From NCBI RefSeq assembly GCF_988242995.1, contig NZ_OZ547043.1: DNA of 64,000 nucleotides, one strand, 5' to 3'. The notes beneath the pieces are model-generated. The model saw only the letters and a list, made by a program, of their open reading frames with translations. It searched no databases and was not told the origin of the DNA. The position numbers and the translations under genes are program-made. Numbering within the stretch: the stretch's first letter is position 1; each line of letters starts with the position of its first letter. Positions 1 through 10,946 of the stretch are shown piece after piece.

Positions 1-648
1 CATGACGGGCGTGCTAAATACCATTTCTGGTTGTGGCGTGAGAAAATAGTAAACCCACAGACTTGCTCCCGTTAGTAGGACAAAAACGGTAATTCCGTTA
101 AATCCGCGTGCGTATTTATTCGTTACTGTGCAATAGGCTGCCCAGATAAACGCACCAATAAACGCCAGGAAATAACTCAATGGGCTGGTGGTGATATTAT
201 TGATGATTTCATCATAATGTAACCCATTGTCACCACCTAACACCCAGCAGACGCCAACCAGGGCTAATAATAATCCTGGTACAATCAGCCAGTTGGTTTT
301 CTGACCATTAAACAGAATGGCAAAGAGAATTGTCAGGCTGGGCCACAGATAGTTCACCATACCCACTTCAATCGCCTGATGACGGGTCGCCGCATATCCT
401 AAGGAAAGCGCCAGACAGATTTCATAGCTGACGAATAACAGACACCCGGCGAGTAAATAGCCTTTCGGGATCTGCCGAATACGCGGAAATCCAACCGTGA
501 AGATTAACAGCAGCCCGCTTAATGAATAGATAGCAGCTGCACCGCCGACCGGGCCGAGCCCCTCACTGACACCGCGAATCAATCCTACCATCGTGCTCCA
601 CAGGACGATCGCTATTAGCCCTATGAGCGTTGCTTTTTGTCGTGTCAT
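1..648 (-). CDS. yddG: Aromatic amino acid exporter YddG (DMT/EamA family), N-terminal part; gene runs off the window start
   Basis: Minus-strand ATG at 646-648; manual translation gives MTRQKATLIGLIAIVLWSTMVGL..., a hydrophobic multi-helix protein matching YddG as recalled. Not in the ORF track because no stop lies inside the window. Confidence 0.8.
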   Translation of the reverse strand, partial: MTRQKATLIGLIAIVLWSTMVGLIRGVSEGLGPVGGAAAIYSLSGLLLIFTVGFPRIRQIPKGYLLAGCLLFVSYEICLALSLGYAATRHQAIEVGMVNYLWPSLTILFAILFNGQKTNWLIVPGLLLALVGVCWVLGGDNGLHYDEIINNITTSPLSYFLAFIGAFIWAAYCTVTNKYARGFNGITVFVLLTGASLWVYYFLTPQPEMVFSTPVM

Positions 649-879
649 GCTCGCTGTTTTGTCTCTCTTGCCGTTAAAAATTAAGCTGAATTTTATAGCA
701 TTTTTTTAACTGGCCTGTCAGGCAGTGGTGCGTTTTTCTACCGCTATTGAGGTAGGTCAATTTGCGCAGGCGGATTATTTTGTGGCAAACACGTGTTCTT
801 TTTGATTTCGCGCAAAAAGATTCAGAATTTTACTGTTAGTTTCCTCGCGCAGTAATACCCCTGAAAAAAGAGGAAAGCA

Positions 880-3800
880 ATGGACGTCAGTCGCAGACAA
901 TTTTTTAAAATCTGCGCGGGCGGTATGGCTGGAACAACGGTAGCGGCATTGGGCTTTGCCCCGAAGCAAGCACTGGCTCAGGCGCGAAACTATAAATTAT
1001 TACGCGCGAAAGAGATCCGTAACACCTGCACATACTGTTCCGTAGGTTGCGGGCTATTGATGTATAGCCTGGGTGATGGCGCGAAAAACGCCAGAGAAGC
1101 GATTTATCACATTGAAGGTGACCCGGATCATCCGGTAAGCCGTGGTGCGCTGTGCCCGAAAGGGGCCGGTTTGCTGGATTACGTCAACAGCGAAAACCGT
1201 CTGCGCTACCCGGAATATCGTGCGCCAGGTTCTGACAAATGGCAGCGCATTAGCTGGGATGAAGCATTCTCCCGTATTGCGAAGCTGATGAAAGCTGACC
1301 GTGACGCTAACTTTATTGAAAAGAACGAGCAGGGCGTAACGGTAAACCGTTGGCTTTCTACCGGTATGCTGTGTGCCTCCGGTGCCAGCAACGAAACCGG
1401 GATGCTGACTCAAAAATTTGCCCGCTCCCTCGGGATGCTGGCGGTAGACAACCAGGCGCGCGTCTGACACGGACCAACGGTAGCAAGTCTTGCTCCAACA
1501 TTTGGTCGCGGTGCGATGACCAACCACTGGGTGGATATCAAAAACGCTAACGTCGTAATGGTAATGGGCGGTAACGCTGCTGAAGCGCATCCCGTCGGTT
1601 TCCGCTGGGCGATGGAAGCGAAAAACAACAACGATGCAACCTTGATCGTTGTCGATCCCCGTTTTACGCGTACCGCTTCTGTAGCGGATATTTACGCACC
1701 TATTCGTTCCGGTACGGACATTACGTTCCTGTCTGGCGTTTTGCGCTACCTGATCGAAAACAACAAAATCAATGCCGAATACGTTAAGCATTACACCAAT
1801 GCCAGCCTGCTGGTGCGTGATGATTTTGCTTTCGAAGACGGTCTGTTCAGCGGCTACGACGCTGAAAAACGCCAGTACGATAAATCGTCCTGGAACTATC
1901 AGTTCGATGAAAACGGCTATGCGAAACGCGATGAAACACTGACTCATCCGCGCTGTGTGTGGAACTTGCTGAAAGAGCACGTTTCCCGCTACACGCCGGA
2001 CGTCGTTGAAAACATCTGCGGTACGCCAAAAGCAGACTTCCTGAAAGTGTGTGAAGTGCTGGCCTCCACCAGCGCGCCGGATCGCACAACCACCTTCCTG
2101 TACGCGCTGGGCTGGACGCAGCACACCGTGGGTGCGCAGAACATCCGCACCATGGCGATGATCCAATTGCTGCTCGGTAACATGGGTATGGCTGGTGGCG
2201 GCGTGAACGCATTGCGTGGTCACTCCAACATTCAGGGCCTGACCGACTTAGGTCTGCTCTCAACCAGCCTGCCGGGTTATCTGACGCTGCCGTCAGAAAA
2301 ACAGGTTGATTTGCAGTCGTATCTGGAAGCGAATACGCCGAAAGCGACGCTGGCTGATCAGGTGAACTACTGGAGCAACTATCCGAAGTTCTTCGTTAGC
2401 CTGATGAAATCTTTCTACGGTGATGCTGCACAGAAAGAGAACAACTGGGGCTATGACTGGCTGCCGAAGTGGGACCAGACCTACGACGTCATCAAGTATT
2501 TCAACATGATGGATGAAGGCAAAGTCACCGGTTATTTCTGCCAGGGCTTTAACCCGGTTGCGTCCTTCCCGGACAAAAACAAAGTGGTGAGCTGCCTGAG
2601 CAAGCTGAAGTACATGGTGGTTATCGATCCGCTGGTGACTGAAACCTCTACCTTCTGGCAGAACCACGGCGAGTCGAACGATGTCGATCCGGCGTCCATT
2701 CAGACTGAAGTATTCCGTCTGCCTTCGACCTGCTTTGCTGAAGAAGATGGTTCTATTGCTAACTCCGGTCGCTGGTTGCAGTGGCACTGGAAAGGTCAGG
2801 ACGCGCCGGGCGAAGCGCGTAACGACGGCGAAATTCTGGCGGGTATCTACCATCATCTGCGCGAGCTGTACCAGGCCGAAGGTGGTAAAGGCGTAGAACC
2901 GCTGATGAAGATGAGCTGGAACTACAAGCAGCCGCACGAACCGCAATCTGACGAAGTAGCTAAAGAGAACAACGGCTACGCGCTGGAAGATCTCTATGAT
3001 GCCAATGGCGTGCTGATTGCGAAGAAAGGTCAGTTGCTGAGTAGCTTTGCGCATCTGCGTGATGACGGTACAACCGCATCTTCTTGCTGGATCTACACCG
3101 GTAGCTGGACAGAGCAGGGCAACCAGATGGCTAACCGCGATAACTCCGACCCGTCCGGTCTGGGGAATACGCTGGGATGGGCCTGGGCGTGGCCGCTCAA
3201 CCGTCGCGTACTCTACAACCGTGCTTCGGCGGATATCAACGGTAAACCGTGGGATCCGAAACGGATGCTGATCCAGTGGAACGGCAGCAAGTGGACGGGT
3301 AACGATATTCCGGACTTCGGCAATGCCGCGCCAGGTACACCAACCGGACCGTTTATCATGCAGCCGGAAGGGATGGGACGCCTGTTTGCCATCAACAAAA
3401 TGGCGGAAGGTCCGTTCCCGGAACACTACGAGCCAATCGAAACGCCGCTGGGCACTAACCCGCTGCATCCGAACGTGGTGTCTAACCCGGTTGTTCGTCT
3501 GTATGAACAAGACGCGCTGCGGATGGGTAAAAAAGAGCAGTTCCCGTATGTGGGTACGACCTATCGTCTGACCGAGCACTTCCACACCTGGACCAAGCAC
3601 GCGTTGCTCAACGCAATTGCTCAGCCGGAACAGTTTGTGGAAATCAGCGAAACGCTGGCGGCGGCGAAAGGCATTAATAATGGCGATCGTGTCACTGTCT
3701 CAAGCAAGCGTGGCTTTATCCGCGCGGTGGCGGTGGTAACGCGCCGTCTGAAACCGCTGAATGTAAACGGTCAGCAGGTTGAAACGGTGGGTATTCCAAT

Positions 3801-3927
3801 CCACTGGGGCTTTGAGGGTGTCGCGCGTAAAGGTTATATCGCTAACACTCTGACGCCGAATGTCGGTGATGCAAACTCGCAAACGCCGGAATATAAAGCG
3901 TTCTTAGTCAACATCGAGAAGGCGTAA
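880..3927 (+). CDS. fdnG: Formate dehydrogenase-N alpha subunit (selenocysteine-containing molybdoenzyme); in-frame UGA at 1465-1467 read as Sec
   Basis: Track ORFs 880-1467 and 1516-3927 are in the same frame, separated only by TGA at 1465-1467. N-terminus has a twin-arginine motif (SRRQFFK). Total length 3048 nt equals 1015 codons plus stop, matching FdnG. Confidence 0.93.
1465..1510 (+). promoter_or_regulatory. Selenocysteine UGA codon plus putative downstream SECIS hairpin
   Basis: TGA at 1465-1467 followed by sequence with hairpin potential (agcaag-tc-cttgct core; ggacc/ggtc outer arms). Bacterial SECIS elements sit directly 3' of the UGA. Confidence 0.7.
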
Positions 3928-3939
3928 GGGGGCGAACAG

Positions 3940-4824
3940 ATGGCTATGGAAACGCAGGACATTATCAAAAGGTCCGCAACTAACTCCATCACGCCGCCTT
4001 CTCAGGTGCGTGATTACAAAGCAGAAGTCGCGAAACTTATCGACGTTTCCACCTGTATCGGCTGTAAAGCCTGTCAGGTGGCGTGTTCAGAGTGGAACGA
4101 CATCCGTGATGAAGTGGGGCACTGCGTCGGGGTTTACGATAACCCCGCCGATCTGAGCGCCAAGTCCTGGACGGTGATGCGCTTTAGCGAAACCGAACAG
4201 AACGGCAAGCTGGAGTGGCTGATCCGTAAAGACGGCTGTATGCACTGTGAAGATCCGGGCTGCCTGAAGGCGTGCCCGTCTGCTGGTGCAATCATTCAGT
4301 ACGCTAACGGGATTGTCGATTTCCAGTCGGAAAACTGCATCGGCTGTGGTTACTGCATTGCCGGGTGTCCGTTTAATATTCCGCGCCTCAACAAAGAGGA
4401 TAACCGGGTATATAAATGCACGCTCTGCGTCGATCGCGTCAGCGTCGGCCAGGAACCGGCTTGTGTGAAAACCTGTCCGACCGGGGCTATCCACTTCGGC
4501 ACCAAGAAGGAGATGCTGGAGCTGGCGGAACAGCGCGTGGCGAAACTGAAAGCGCGTGGTTACGAACATGCTGGCGTCTACAACCCGGAAGGGGTCGGTG
4601 GTACGCACGTTATGTACGTGCTGCATCACGCCGATCAGCCGGAGCTGTATCACGGTCTGCCGAAAGATCCGAAGATCGATACCTCGGTAAGCCTGTGGAA
4701 AGGCGCGTTGAAACCGCTGGCAGCGGCTGGCTTTATTGCCACTTTTGCCGGGTTGATTTTCCATTACATCGGTATTGGCCCGAATAAGGAAGTGGACGAT
4801 GACGAGGAGGATCATCATGAGTAA
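3940..4824 (+). CDS. fdnH: Formate dehydrogenase-N beta subunit (4Fe-4S ferredoxin-type, C-terminal membrane anchor)
   Basis: 294-aa ORF with several CxxCxxCxxxCP ferredoxin motifs; lies 12 nt after fdnG. Confidence 0.93.
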   Translation: MAMETQDIIKRSATNSITPPSQVRDYKAEVAKLIDVSTCIGCKACQVACSEWNDIRDEVGHCVGVYDNPADLSAKSWTVMRFSETEQNGKLEWLIRKDGCMHCEDPGCLKACPSAGAIIQYANGIVDFQSENCIGCGYCIAGCPFNIPRLNKEDNRVYKCTLCVDRVSVGQEPACVKTCPTGAIHFGTKKEMLELAEQRVAKLKARGYEHAGVYNPEGVGGTHVMYVLHHADQPELYHGLPKDPKIDTSVSLWKGALKPLAAAGFIATFAGLIFHYIGIGPNKEVDDDEEDHHE

Positions 4825-5470
4825 GTCGAAAATGATTGTGCGCACCAAATTTATTGATCGCGCCTGTCACTGGACCGTGGTGATTTGCTTCTTTCTGGTG
4901 GCGCTGTCCGGGATTTCGTTCTTCTTCCCGACGCTGCAATGGCTGACGCAAACCTTCGGTACGCCGCAGATGGGGCGCATTTTGCACCCGTTCTTCGGCA
5001 TTGCGATTTTCGTCGCGCTGATGTTTATGTTTGTGCGTTTTGTGCATCACAACATCCCGGATAAGAAAGATATTCCGTGGCTGTTGAACATTGTCGAAGT
5101 ATTAAAAGGCAATGAGCACAAAGTGGCGGATGTTGGTAAGTACAACGCCGGGCAAAAGATGATGTTCTGGTCGATCATGAGCATGATTTTCGTGCTGCTG
5201 GTGACCGGGGTGATTATCTGGCGTCCGTACTTTGCGCAGTACTTCCCGATGCAGGTTGTTCGCTACAGCCTGCTGATTCACGCGGCTGCGGGTATCATCC
5301 TGATCCACGCCATCCTGATCCATATGTATATGGCATTCTGGGTGAAAGGATCGATTAAAGGGATGATCGAAGGGAAGGTGAGCCGTCGCTGGGCGAAGAA
5401 ACACCATCCACGCTGGTATCGTGAAATCGAGAAGGCAGAAGCGAAAAAAGAGAGTGAAGAAGGGATATAA
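4817..5470 (+). CDS. fdnI: Formate dehydrogenase-N gamma subunit (cytochrome b556)
   Basis: Internal ATG of track ORF 4775-5470 ([12 protein letters not shown]...) gives 217 aa; start overlaps the fdnH stop by 8 nt; polytopic membrane protein with conserved His residues. Confidence 0.9.
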
Positions 5471-5490
5471 TCTCTTTTGAACTTTAAGCT

Positions 5491-5524
5491 GAAAATGGCG
5501 CTTTAAGAAGCGCCATTTTTTTTA
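5491..5524. terminator. Rho-independent, probably bidirectional terminator between fdnI and yddM
   Basis: Inverted repeat aaaatggcgc...gcgccatttt flanked by A-run and T-run (aaaatggcgctttaagaagcgccattttttttatt). Confidence 0.75.
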
Positions 5525-5806
5525 TTGCGTAACCAGACGGCGCAGTCGCGACACATCCACCGTTTTTTCTGCCTCTGCCAGACTCCAGGCGTTTTGCAGA
5601 TTCAGCCACATTTGCGGCGAACTGCCGATCACCACGGAAAGTTTAATCGCCATTTCTGGTGTCAAAGCTGCTTTTCCGGTCAGCAATCGGCTTGCCGTTG
5701 AGGGCGCAATTTCCATTGCTCTGGCAAACTCGCGCAGGCTGACATTAAGTTCGTCCAGTGATTCCTGAATAATGTCCCCCGGGCGGGGATGATTGGCCAT
5801 TTTCAT
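5522..5806 (-). CDS. yddM: HigA-like XRE-family helix-turn-helix protein (putative antitoxin or regulator)
   Basis: Track ORF 5522-5884; start placed at the internal Met ([20 protein letters not shown]...) to give 94 aa as recalled for YddM. Position between fdnI and adhP matches K-12 order. Confidence 0.75.
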
Positions 5807-5951
5807 TAGTGTCTTTACTCTCAGTAGCGTTCCTTCTCTGGGAACACTATCATTATTGTTCCTTCCTACGCAACAATAATCCATTTAGCCATTTCGTGTT
5901 GGAGAGTGTGCGATGCTGCGACCCGAACATGGCAGTCGCAGCAAAGGATTC

Positions 5952-6962
5952 TTAGCGGCGGAAATCAATCACCATACGGCCACGGATTTTGCCTTCTTCC
6001 ATCTCAGTAAAGATGGTGTTGATGTCCGCTAACGGACGCAGGGCGACTTTCGGCACCACTTTGCCTTCGGCGGCAAACTGGAAGGCTTCGGTGAGATCCT
6101 GGCGCGTGCCGACCAGCGAACCGACCACTTCAATACCATCCAGCACAAGGCGTGGGATGTCCAGGCTCATAGACTCCGGCGGCAGACCGACAGCCACAAC
6201 ACGACCGCCTGCTCGTACAGCATCAACCGCCGAGTTAAACGCAGCTTTAGCTACCGCTGTCACCACCGCAGCGTGAGCGCCACCGGTTTTTTCCTGCACA
6301 ATTTTGGCGGCGTCTTCAGTGCGTGAGTTAATCGCTAAAACAGCGCCCATTTCGGTTGCCAGTTTTAACTGCTCATCATTGACATCAATGGCGATCACTT
6401 TCGCGTTAAAGACATTCTTCGCGTATTGCAGGGCGAGGTTACCCAGACCGCCAAGACCGTAGATAGCAATCCACTGCCCTGGACGAATTTTTGACAGCTT
6501 AACGGCTTTGTAGGTGGTGACCCCCGCACAGGTAATGCTGCTGGCCGCCGCCGAGTCCAGAGCATCTGGCACTTTTACCGCGTAATCGGCGACCACGATG
6601 CACTCTTCCGCCATCCCGCCATCAACGCTGTATCCGGCATTTTTAACAGAACGGCAGAGGGTTTCGTTACCACTATTACAGTATTCGCAATGACCGCATC
6701 CTTCGTAAAACCACGCCACGCTGGCACGATCGCCTGGTTTTAATGAGGTGACACCTGGGCCAACTTCTGCCACCACACCAATACCTTCATGGCCCAGAAT
6801 TACGCCGGTTTTGTCACCAAAATCGCCATTCTTAACATGAAGATCGGTATGACATACACCACAACACTCCATTTTTAGCAGGGCTTCGCCATGTTTCAGT
6901 GAGCGCAGTGTTTTATCCGTAACGTCAACATGATGATCCTTCGTAACAACTGCAGCCTTCAT
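5952..6962 (-). CDS. adhP: Zinc-dependent alcohol dehydrogenase (propanol-preferring)
   Basis: Track ORF 5952-6992 with internal start [11 protein letters not shown] giving 336 aa; GHEGIGVV zinc-ADH motif and GLGGLG Rossmann motif. Confidence 0.9.
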   Translation of the reverse strand: MKAAVVTKDHHVDVTDKTLRSLKHGEALLKMECCGVCHTDLHVKNGDFGDKTGVILGHEGIGVVAEVGPGVTSLKPGDRASVAWFYEGCGHCEYCNSGNETLCRSVKNAGYSVDGGMAEECIVVADYAVKVPDALDSAAASSITCAGVTTYKAVKLSKIRPGQWIAIYGLGGLGNLALQYAKNVFNAKVIAIDVNDEQLKLATEMGAVLAINSRTEDAAKIVQEKTGGAHAAVVTAVAKAAFNSAVDAVRAGGRVVAVGLPPESMSLDIPRLVLDGIEVVGSLVGTRQDLTEAFQFAAEGKVVPKVALRPLADINTIFTEMEEGKIRGRMVIDFRR

Positions 6963-7095
6963 AGTTCCTCCTTTTCGGATGATGTTCTGCATAGCAGGTG
7001 AGGCAAATGAGATTTATTCGCCACTACCCAGTATGGATGAGATCTGAAAAAGAGAGAGGAAAATTGCCCGGCAGCTTTCACCACCGGGCGCAGGC

Positions 7096-8793
7096 TTAGA
7101 TGGAGGTACGGCGGTAGTCGCGGTATTCGGCGTGCCAGAAATTATCATCAATGGCCTGTTGCAGAGCTTCGGCGGAGGTTTTCACCGCCACGCCTTGCTG
7201 CTGCGCCATTTTGCCAACCGCAAAGGCAATTGCGCGGGAGACTTTCTGAATATCTTTCAGTTCCGGTAGTACCAGACCTTCGCCGTTCAGGACCAGCGGC
7301 GAATACTGAGCAAGCGTTTCACTCGCCGACATCAGCATCTCATCGGTGATACGTGACGCGCCGGAAGCAATAACGCCCAGCCCGATGCCCGGGAAAATAA
7401 AGGCGTTGTTACACTGGGCGATAGGGTAGATTTTATCTTTCCATACCACTGGGTTAAACGGACTGCCAGTGGCGACCAGCGCGTTACCTTCGGTCCAGGC
7501 GATAATGTCCTGCGGTGTGGCTTCCACGCGTGACGTCGGGTTAGACAGCGGCATCACGATCGGACGCGGACAGTGTTTATGCATCTCACGGATGATCTCT
7601 TCCGTAAACAGCCCGGTCTGTCCTGAGACGCCAATCAGAATATCTGGTTTTACATTACGCACCACATCCAGCAGTGACAGCACATCGCTGTCGGTATCCC
7701 AGTCACTGAGGTTTTCGCGCTTCTGCACCAGTTTGGTCTGGAAAGGCAGCAGGTTCGGCATCTTGTCGGTCAGCAGGCCAAAGCGATCAACCATAAAGAC
7801 TTTCTGCCGCGCCGCTTCCTCGCTTAATCCTTCACGCTGAGTCTGGGCGATGATCATTTCGGCAATCCCGCACCCCGCAGAGCCTGCGCCGAGGAAGACA
7901 ATCTTTTTCTCGCTCAGTTGACCACCCGCCGCGCGGCTGGCTGCGATCAGTGTGCCGACCGTTACCGCCGCGGTGCCCTGAATGTCATCGTTAAAAGAAC
8001 AAATTTCATTGCGATAGCGGTTAAGTAACGGCATCGCATTTTTTTGTGCGAAGTCTTCAAACTGCAACAGTACGTCCGGCCAGCGTTGTTTCACAGCCTG
8101 GATAAATTCATCAACGAATTCATAGTATTCGTCGTCAGTGATACGCGGATTACGCCAGCCCATATACAGCGGATCGTTAAGCAGCTGTTGGTTGTTCGTC
8201 CCGACATCCAGCACCACCGGAAGGGTATACGCTGGGCTGATGCCGCCACAGGCAGTATAGAGTGACAGTTTACCGATAGGAATGCCCATCCCGCCGATGC
8301 CCTGGTCACCAAGCCCCAGAATACGTTCACCGTCAGTCACCACAATCACTTTAATATTATGGTTCGGCACGTTTTGCAGAATATCGTCCATATTGTGGCG
8401 GTTCTGGTAAGAGATAAACACGCCGCGTGAACGGCGGTAGATCTCAGAAAAACGCTCACAGGCTGCGCCGACGGTTGGGGTATAAATAACAGGCATCATC
8501 TCATCAAGATGATTGTTTACCAGACGGTAGAAGAGGGTTTCGTTAGTGTCCTGGATGTTACGCAGGTAAATGTGTTTGTCGATTTCGGTTTTGAATCCCT
8601 GATACTGGATCCATGCTCGTTCCGCTTGTTCTTCGATGGTTTCGACCACTTCCGGCAGTAACCCCAGCAGGTTGAAGTTACGGCGTTCTTCCATGCTGAA
8701 GGCACTGCCTTTATTCAACAACGGAAATTCCAGCAGTACAGGGCCAGCGTAAGGAATATAAAGCGAACGCTGTTTTTTTGTTTTTGGTTCCAT
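7096..8793 (-). CDS. maeA: NAD-dependent malic enzyme
   Basis: Track ORF 7096-8829; start placed at [23 protein letters not shown] (565 aa); malic enzyme signature regions; follows adhP as in E. coli. Confidence 0.9.
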   Translation of the reverse strand: MEPKTKKQRSLYIPYAGPVLLEFPLLNKGSAFSMEERRNFNLLGLLPEVVETIEEQAERAWIQYQGFKTEIDKHIYLRNIQDTNETLFYRLVNNHLDEMMPVIYTPTVGAACERFSEIYRRSRGVFISYQNRHNMDDILQNVPNHNIKVIVVTDGERILGLGDQGIGGMGIPIGKLSLYTACGGISPAYTLPVVLDVGTNNQQLLNDPLYMGWRNPRITDDEYYEFVDEFIQAVKQRWPDVLLQFEDFAQKNAMPLLNRYRNEICSFNDDIQGTAAVTVGTLIAASRAAGGQLSEKKIVFLGAGSAGCGIAEMIIAQTQREGLSEEAARQKVFMVDRFGLLTDKMPNLLPFQTKLVQKRENLSDWDTDSDVLSLLDVVRNVKPDILIGVSGQTGLFTEEIIREMHKHCPRPIVMPLSNPTSRVEATPQDIIAWTEGNALVATGSPFNPVVWKDKIYPIAQCNNAFIFPGIGLGVIASGASRITDEMLMSASETLAQYSPLVLNGEGLVLPELKDIQKVSRAIAFAVGKMAQQQGVAVKTSAEALQQAIDDNFWHAEYRDYRRTSI

Positions 8794-8889
8794 GTCACTC
8801 ACTCTTTTTTGAATATCCATCCCTGGCACGCTTTTATCGTCTTTGCTTTACCGCCAGGGCGTCGGCCCCAAGTATAAAGCAGATAAAAA

Positions 8890-9600
8890 TAAATATCCTC
8901 CGGCATAGCCGGAGGTTTTTCAAATGCGCCTGTAAGGCTCTGTTACCAGCCGCGCCCTAACAGGCGCACACGATCTGACATTTGCATCCAACTTCGTTAC
9001 TTACGGCCCGTAAACGGGCTGCCCGGATAGGGAATCGATAACTGCTCTCCCATTTTATCCTCTTCAAGCTGGTGCTTTATGTAGTCCTGTATCTTCGCCG
9101 TGTTCTTACCCACCGTATCGACATAGTACCCTCGGCACCAGAACTCCCTGTTTCTGTATTTGAATTTCAAATCCCCAAACTGCTCGTAAAGCATCAGACT
9201 GCTTTTCCCTTTCAGATATCCCATAAAGCCGGATACGCTCATTTTGGGTGGGATTTCCACAAGCATATGGATATGATCTGCGCAGCACTCTGCTTCCAGA
9301 ATCCGTACGCTTTTCCACTCACACAGCTTTCTCAAAATACTGCCTATCGCCCTACGCTTCTCTCCGTAAAACGCCAGTCTTCGGTATTTCGGCGCAAAAA
9401 CTATGTGATATTTACAGTTCCAGCGGGTGTGCGCTAAGCTCTTTTCGTCCCCCATTGGGACCCCCTTTTGATTTCTTGTTTGACACTTGCAGTTGCCAGA
9501 CCGCAAGGTGTTTTAACAAATCAAAAGGGGTTTTAATAACTGGCTCAAAGCTGAAAGCTTTCCGGAACCCCCAGCCTAGCTGGGGGTTTTCTGTGCACAA
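8890..9600 (-). mobile_element. IS200-type insertion sequence (IS200/IS605 family), about 0.7 kb; boundaries approximate
   Basis: Contains a 152-aa Y1 transposase gene flanked by subterminal hairpins at both ends (8897-8915 and 9566-9588), plus a long inverted repeat at about 9461-9529 over the tnpA start region (assumed to occlude the RBS). Not present at this position in K-12 as I recall. Confidence 0.7.
8997..9455 (-). CDS. tnpA: IS200 transposase TnpA (HUH / Y1 single-strand transposase)
   Basis: Track ORF 8997-9506; internal start MGDEKSLAHTRWNCKYHIVFAPKYRR...HIHMLVEIPP (HuH motif)...Y, 152 aa, typical IS200 TnpA. Confidence 0.85.
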   Translation of the reverse strand: MGDEKSLAHTRWNCKYHIVFAPKYRRLAFYGEKRRAIGSILRKLCEWKSVRILEAECCADHIHMLVEIPPKMSVSGFMGYLKGKSSLMLYEQFGDLKFKYRNREFWCRGYYVDTVGKNTAKIQDYIKHQLEEDKMGEQLSIPYPGSPFTGRK

Positions 9601-9604
9601 CAAA

Positions 9605-9630
9605 AACACCATTGCGCAGGCAATGGTGTT
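9605..9630 (-). terminator. Rho-independent terminator of sra
   Basis: Inverted repeat aacaccattgc / gcaatggtgtt; on the minus strand it is followed by tttttgttg, immediately 3' of the sra stop. Confidence 0.65.
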
Positions 9631-9659
9631 TAATCGTCATTGAGGACTGATGGTTATGA

Positions 9660-9797
9660 ATTACTTTTCAGAGGGGCGTTTTCTGCCGGTTGGGTTATTT
9701 ACCACGCTGGATTTGTCACCTTCGGTAACTATTTTGCGCTGGTTAGAAATTTTATGGTCCAGTCCAAGAATATGACGTGCCTGACGGTTCGATTTCA
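9660..9797 (-). CDS. sra: Stationary-phase-induced ribosome-associated protein (30S subunit protein S22), 45 aa
   Basis: Manual translation of the minus strand gives [45 protein letters not shown]; absent from the track (under the size cutoff). Confidence 0.85.
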
Positions 9798-9899
9798 TTT
9801 TAACTCCTCAATCCTGTTGCTAGTTTTAAGGACAACATCGCCGTAGCGAAGAAACACGTGCTAAACCCCTAAATTAGGTTGCCGATCAAGCATAGCACC

Positions 9900-10115
9900 T
9901 TAAAGCGTAGGGTGCTGGCCACTGACCACATAATTGATCGTTTGCTGGTAGATATCACTGAGGATGTCGTTATCAGAAGCTTCCACCCATTTGGTCAGCT
10001 CCATGAGAATGTCATCTTCAGTGACAACACCGTGCTCTGCCCGAAGGCCTTGCTCAATGGCATTAACCAGAGCGGGTTCTGCTGTTGAATTTTCTGCCTG
10101 ATAATAAGTAAACAT
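9900..10115 (-). CDS. bdm: Biofilm-dependent modulation protein, 71 aa
   Basis: Track ORF 9900-10178 with internal start MFTYYQAENSTAEPALVNAIEQGL...; located between sra and osmC as in E. coli. Confidence 0.85.
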   Translation of the reverse strand: MFTYYQAENSTAEPALVNAIEQGLRAEHGVVTEDDILMELTKWVEASDNDILSDIYQQTINYVVSGQHPTL

Positions 10116-10459
10116 AGCGATTCTCCGTGTCTGTGTATTTTTGGTGTCTGCTACGGATCGCAGATTTATAAAGCACATTCAGCATGGCAAATATTTGCCG
10201 CTTCGTTGTTAAGATTAGTCCTGGTTGATAATTTTTATATTATAACACCATGATATTCATAGGGATTGTAATTTGGGCGATCCGATTAATATTGATACAA
10301 TATCTTTTGGATTATATATTCCCCGTTATCTATTGTGGGAATTTAATTTAAGTACAGAGATAATGTTTTCGCCGGATTTTATTCGGAATATCCTGCTTAT
10401 CCTCGTGCGGTTTCTCACGTAGTCTATAATTTCCTTTTTAAGCCCACAGGAGAGCAACA

Positions 10460-10891
10460 ATGACAATCCATAAGAAAGGTCAGGCACACTGGGAAGGCGA
10501 TATCAAACGCGGGAAGGGAACTGTATCCACCGAGAGCGGCGTGCTGAACCAACAGCCGTATGGATTTAACACGCGTTTTGAAGGCGAAAAAGGAACCAAC
10601 CCTGAAGAACTGATTGGCGCAGCGCATGCCGCATGTTTCTCAATGGCGCTTTCATTAATGCTGGGGGAAGCGGGATTCACGCCAACATCGATTGATACCA
10701 CCGCAGATGTGTCGCTGGATAAAGTGGATGCCGGTTTTGCGATTACTAAAATCGCACTGAAGAGCGAAGTTGCGGTGCCGGGTATTGATGCCTCTACTTT
10801 TGACGGCATTATCCAGAAAGCAAAAGCAGGATGCCCGGTTTCTCAGGTACTGAAAGCTGAAATTACGCTTGATTACCAGTTGAAATCGTAA
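10460..10891 (+). CDS. osmC: Osmotically inducible peroxiredoxin OsmC (organic hydroperoxide reductase family)
   Basis: 143-aa ORF MTIHKKGQAHWEGDIKRGKG... with the two conserved Cys; AT-rich promoter region 10180-10459 upstream. Confidence 0.93.
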   Translation: MTIHKKGQAHWEGDIKRGKGTVSTESGVLNQQPYGFNTRFEGEKGTNPEELIGAAHAACFSMALSLMLGEAGFTPTSIDTTADVSLDKVDAGFAITKIALKSEVAVPGIDASTFDGIIQKAKAGCPVSQVLKAEITLDYQLKS

Positions 10892-10946
10892 AGCGTTGCC
10901 GTATGACGCGTCAGGCGCGTGATTGCCTGATGCGTTGTTAGCATCT

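Noticed and set aside
880-1467. fdnG as a truncated pseudogene (195-aa ORF ending at TGA)
   Set aside because: The TGA is the known selenocysteine codon; the downstream ORF continues in the same frame and a hairpin follows the UGA.
1054-2223. 389-aa minus-strand ORF, and many similar long ORFs elsewhere (e.g. 2293-3600 -, 24498-25076 +, 34980-35600 +, 57647-58348 +, 58988-59506 +)
   Set aside because: All lie antisense to or frame-shifted within strongly supported genes (fdnG, gadB, ydeN, the autotransporter) and have low-complexity, Arg/Cys/His-rich translations typical of shadow ORFs.
8897-8915. Hairpin cctccggc-ata-gccggagg with T-run as a host terminator
   Set aside because: No plus-strand gene ends here; its position about 80-100 nt beyond the tnpA stop fits better as the subterminal hairpin of the IS200-type element.
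9640-9846. 68-aa plus-strand ORF
   Set aside because: It overlaps the well-supported minus-strand sra gene and its promoter and has no recognisable features.
10892-10946. Palindromic sequence between osmC and ddpF as a REP element
   Set aside because: Only a partial resemblance to REP consensus (gcctgatgcg); more simply a shared terminator region between convergent genes. Left unannotated.
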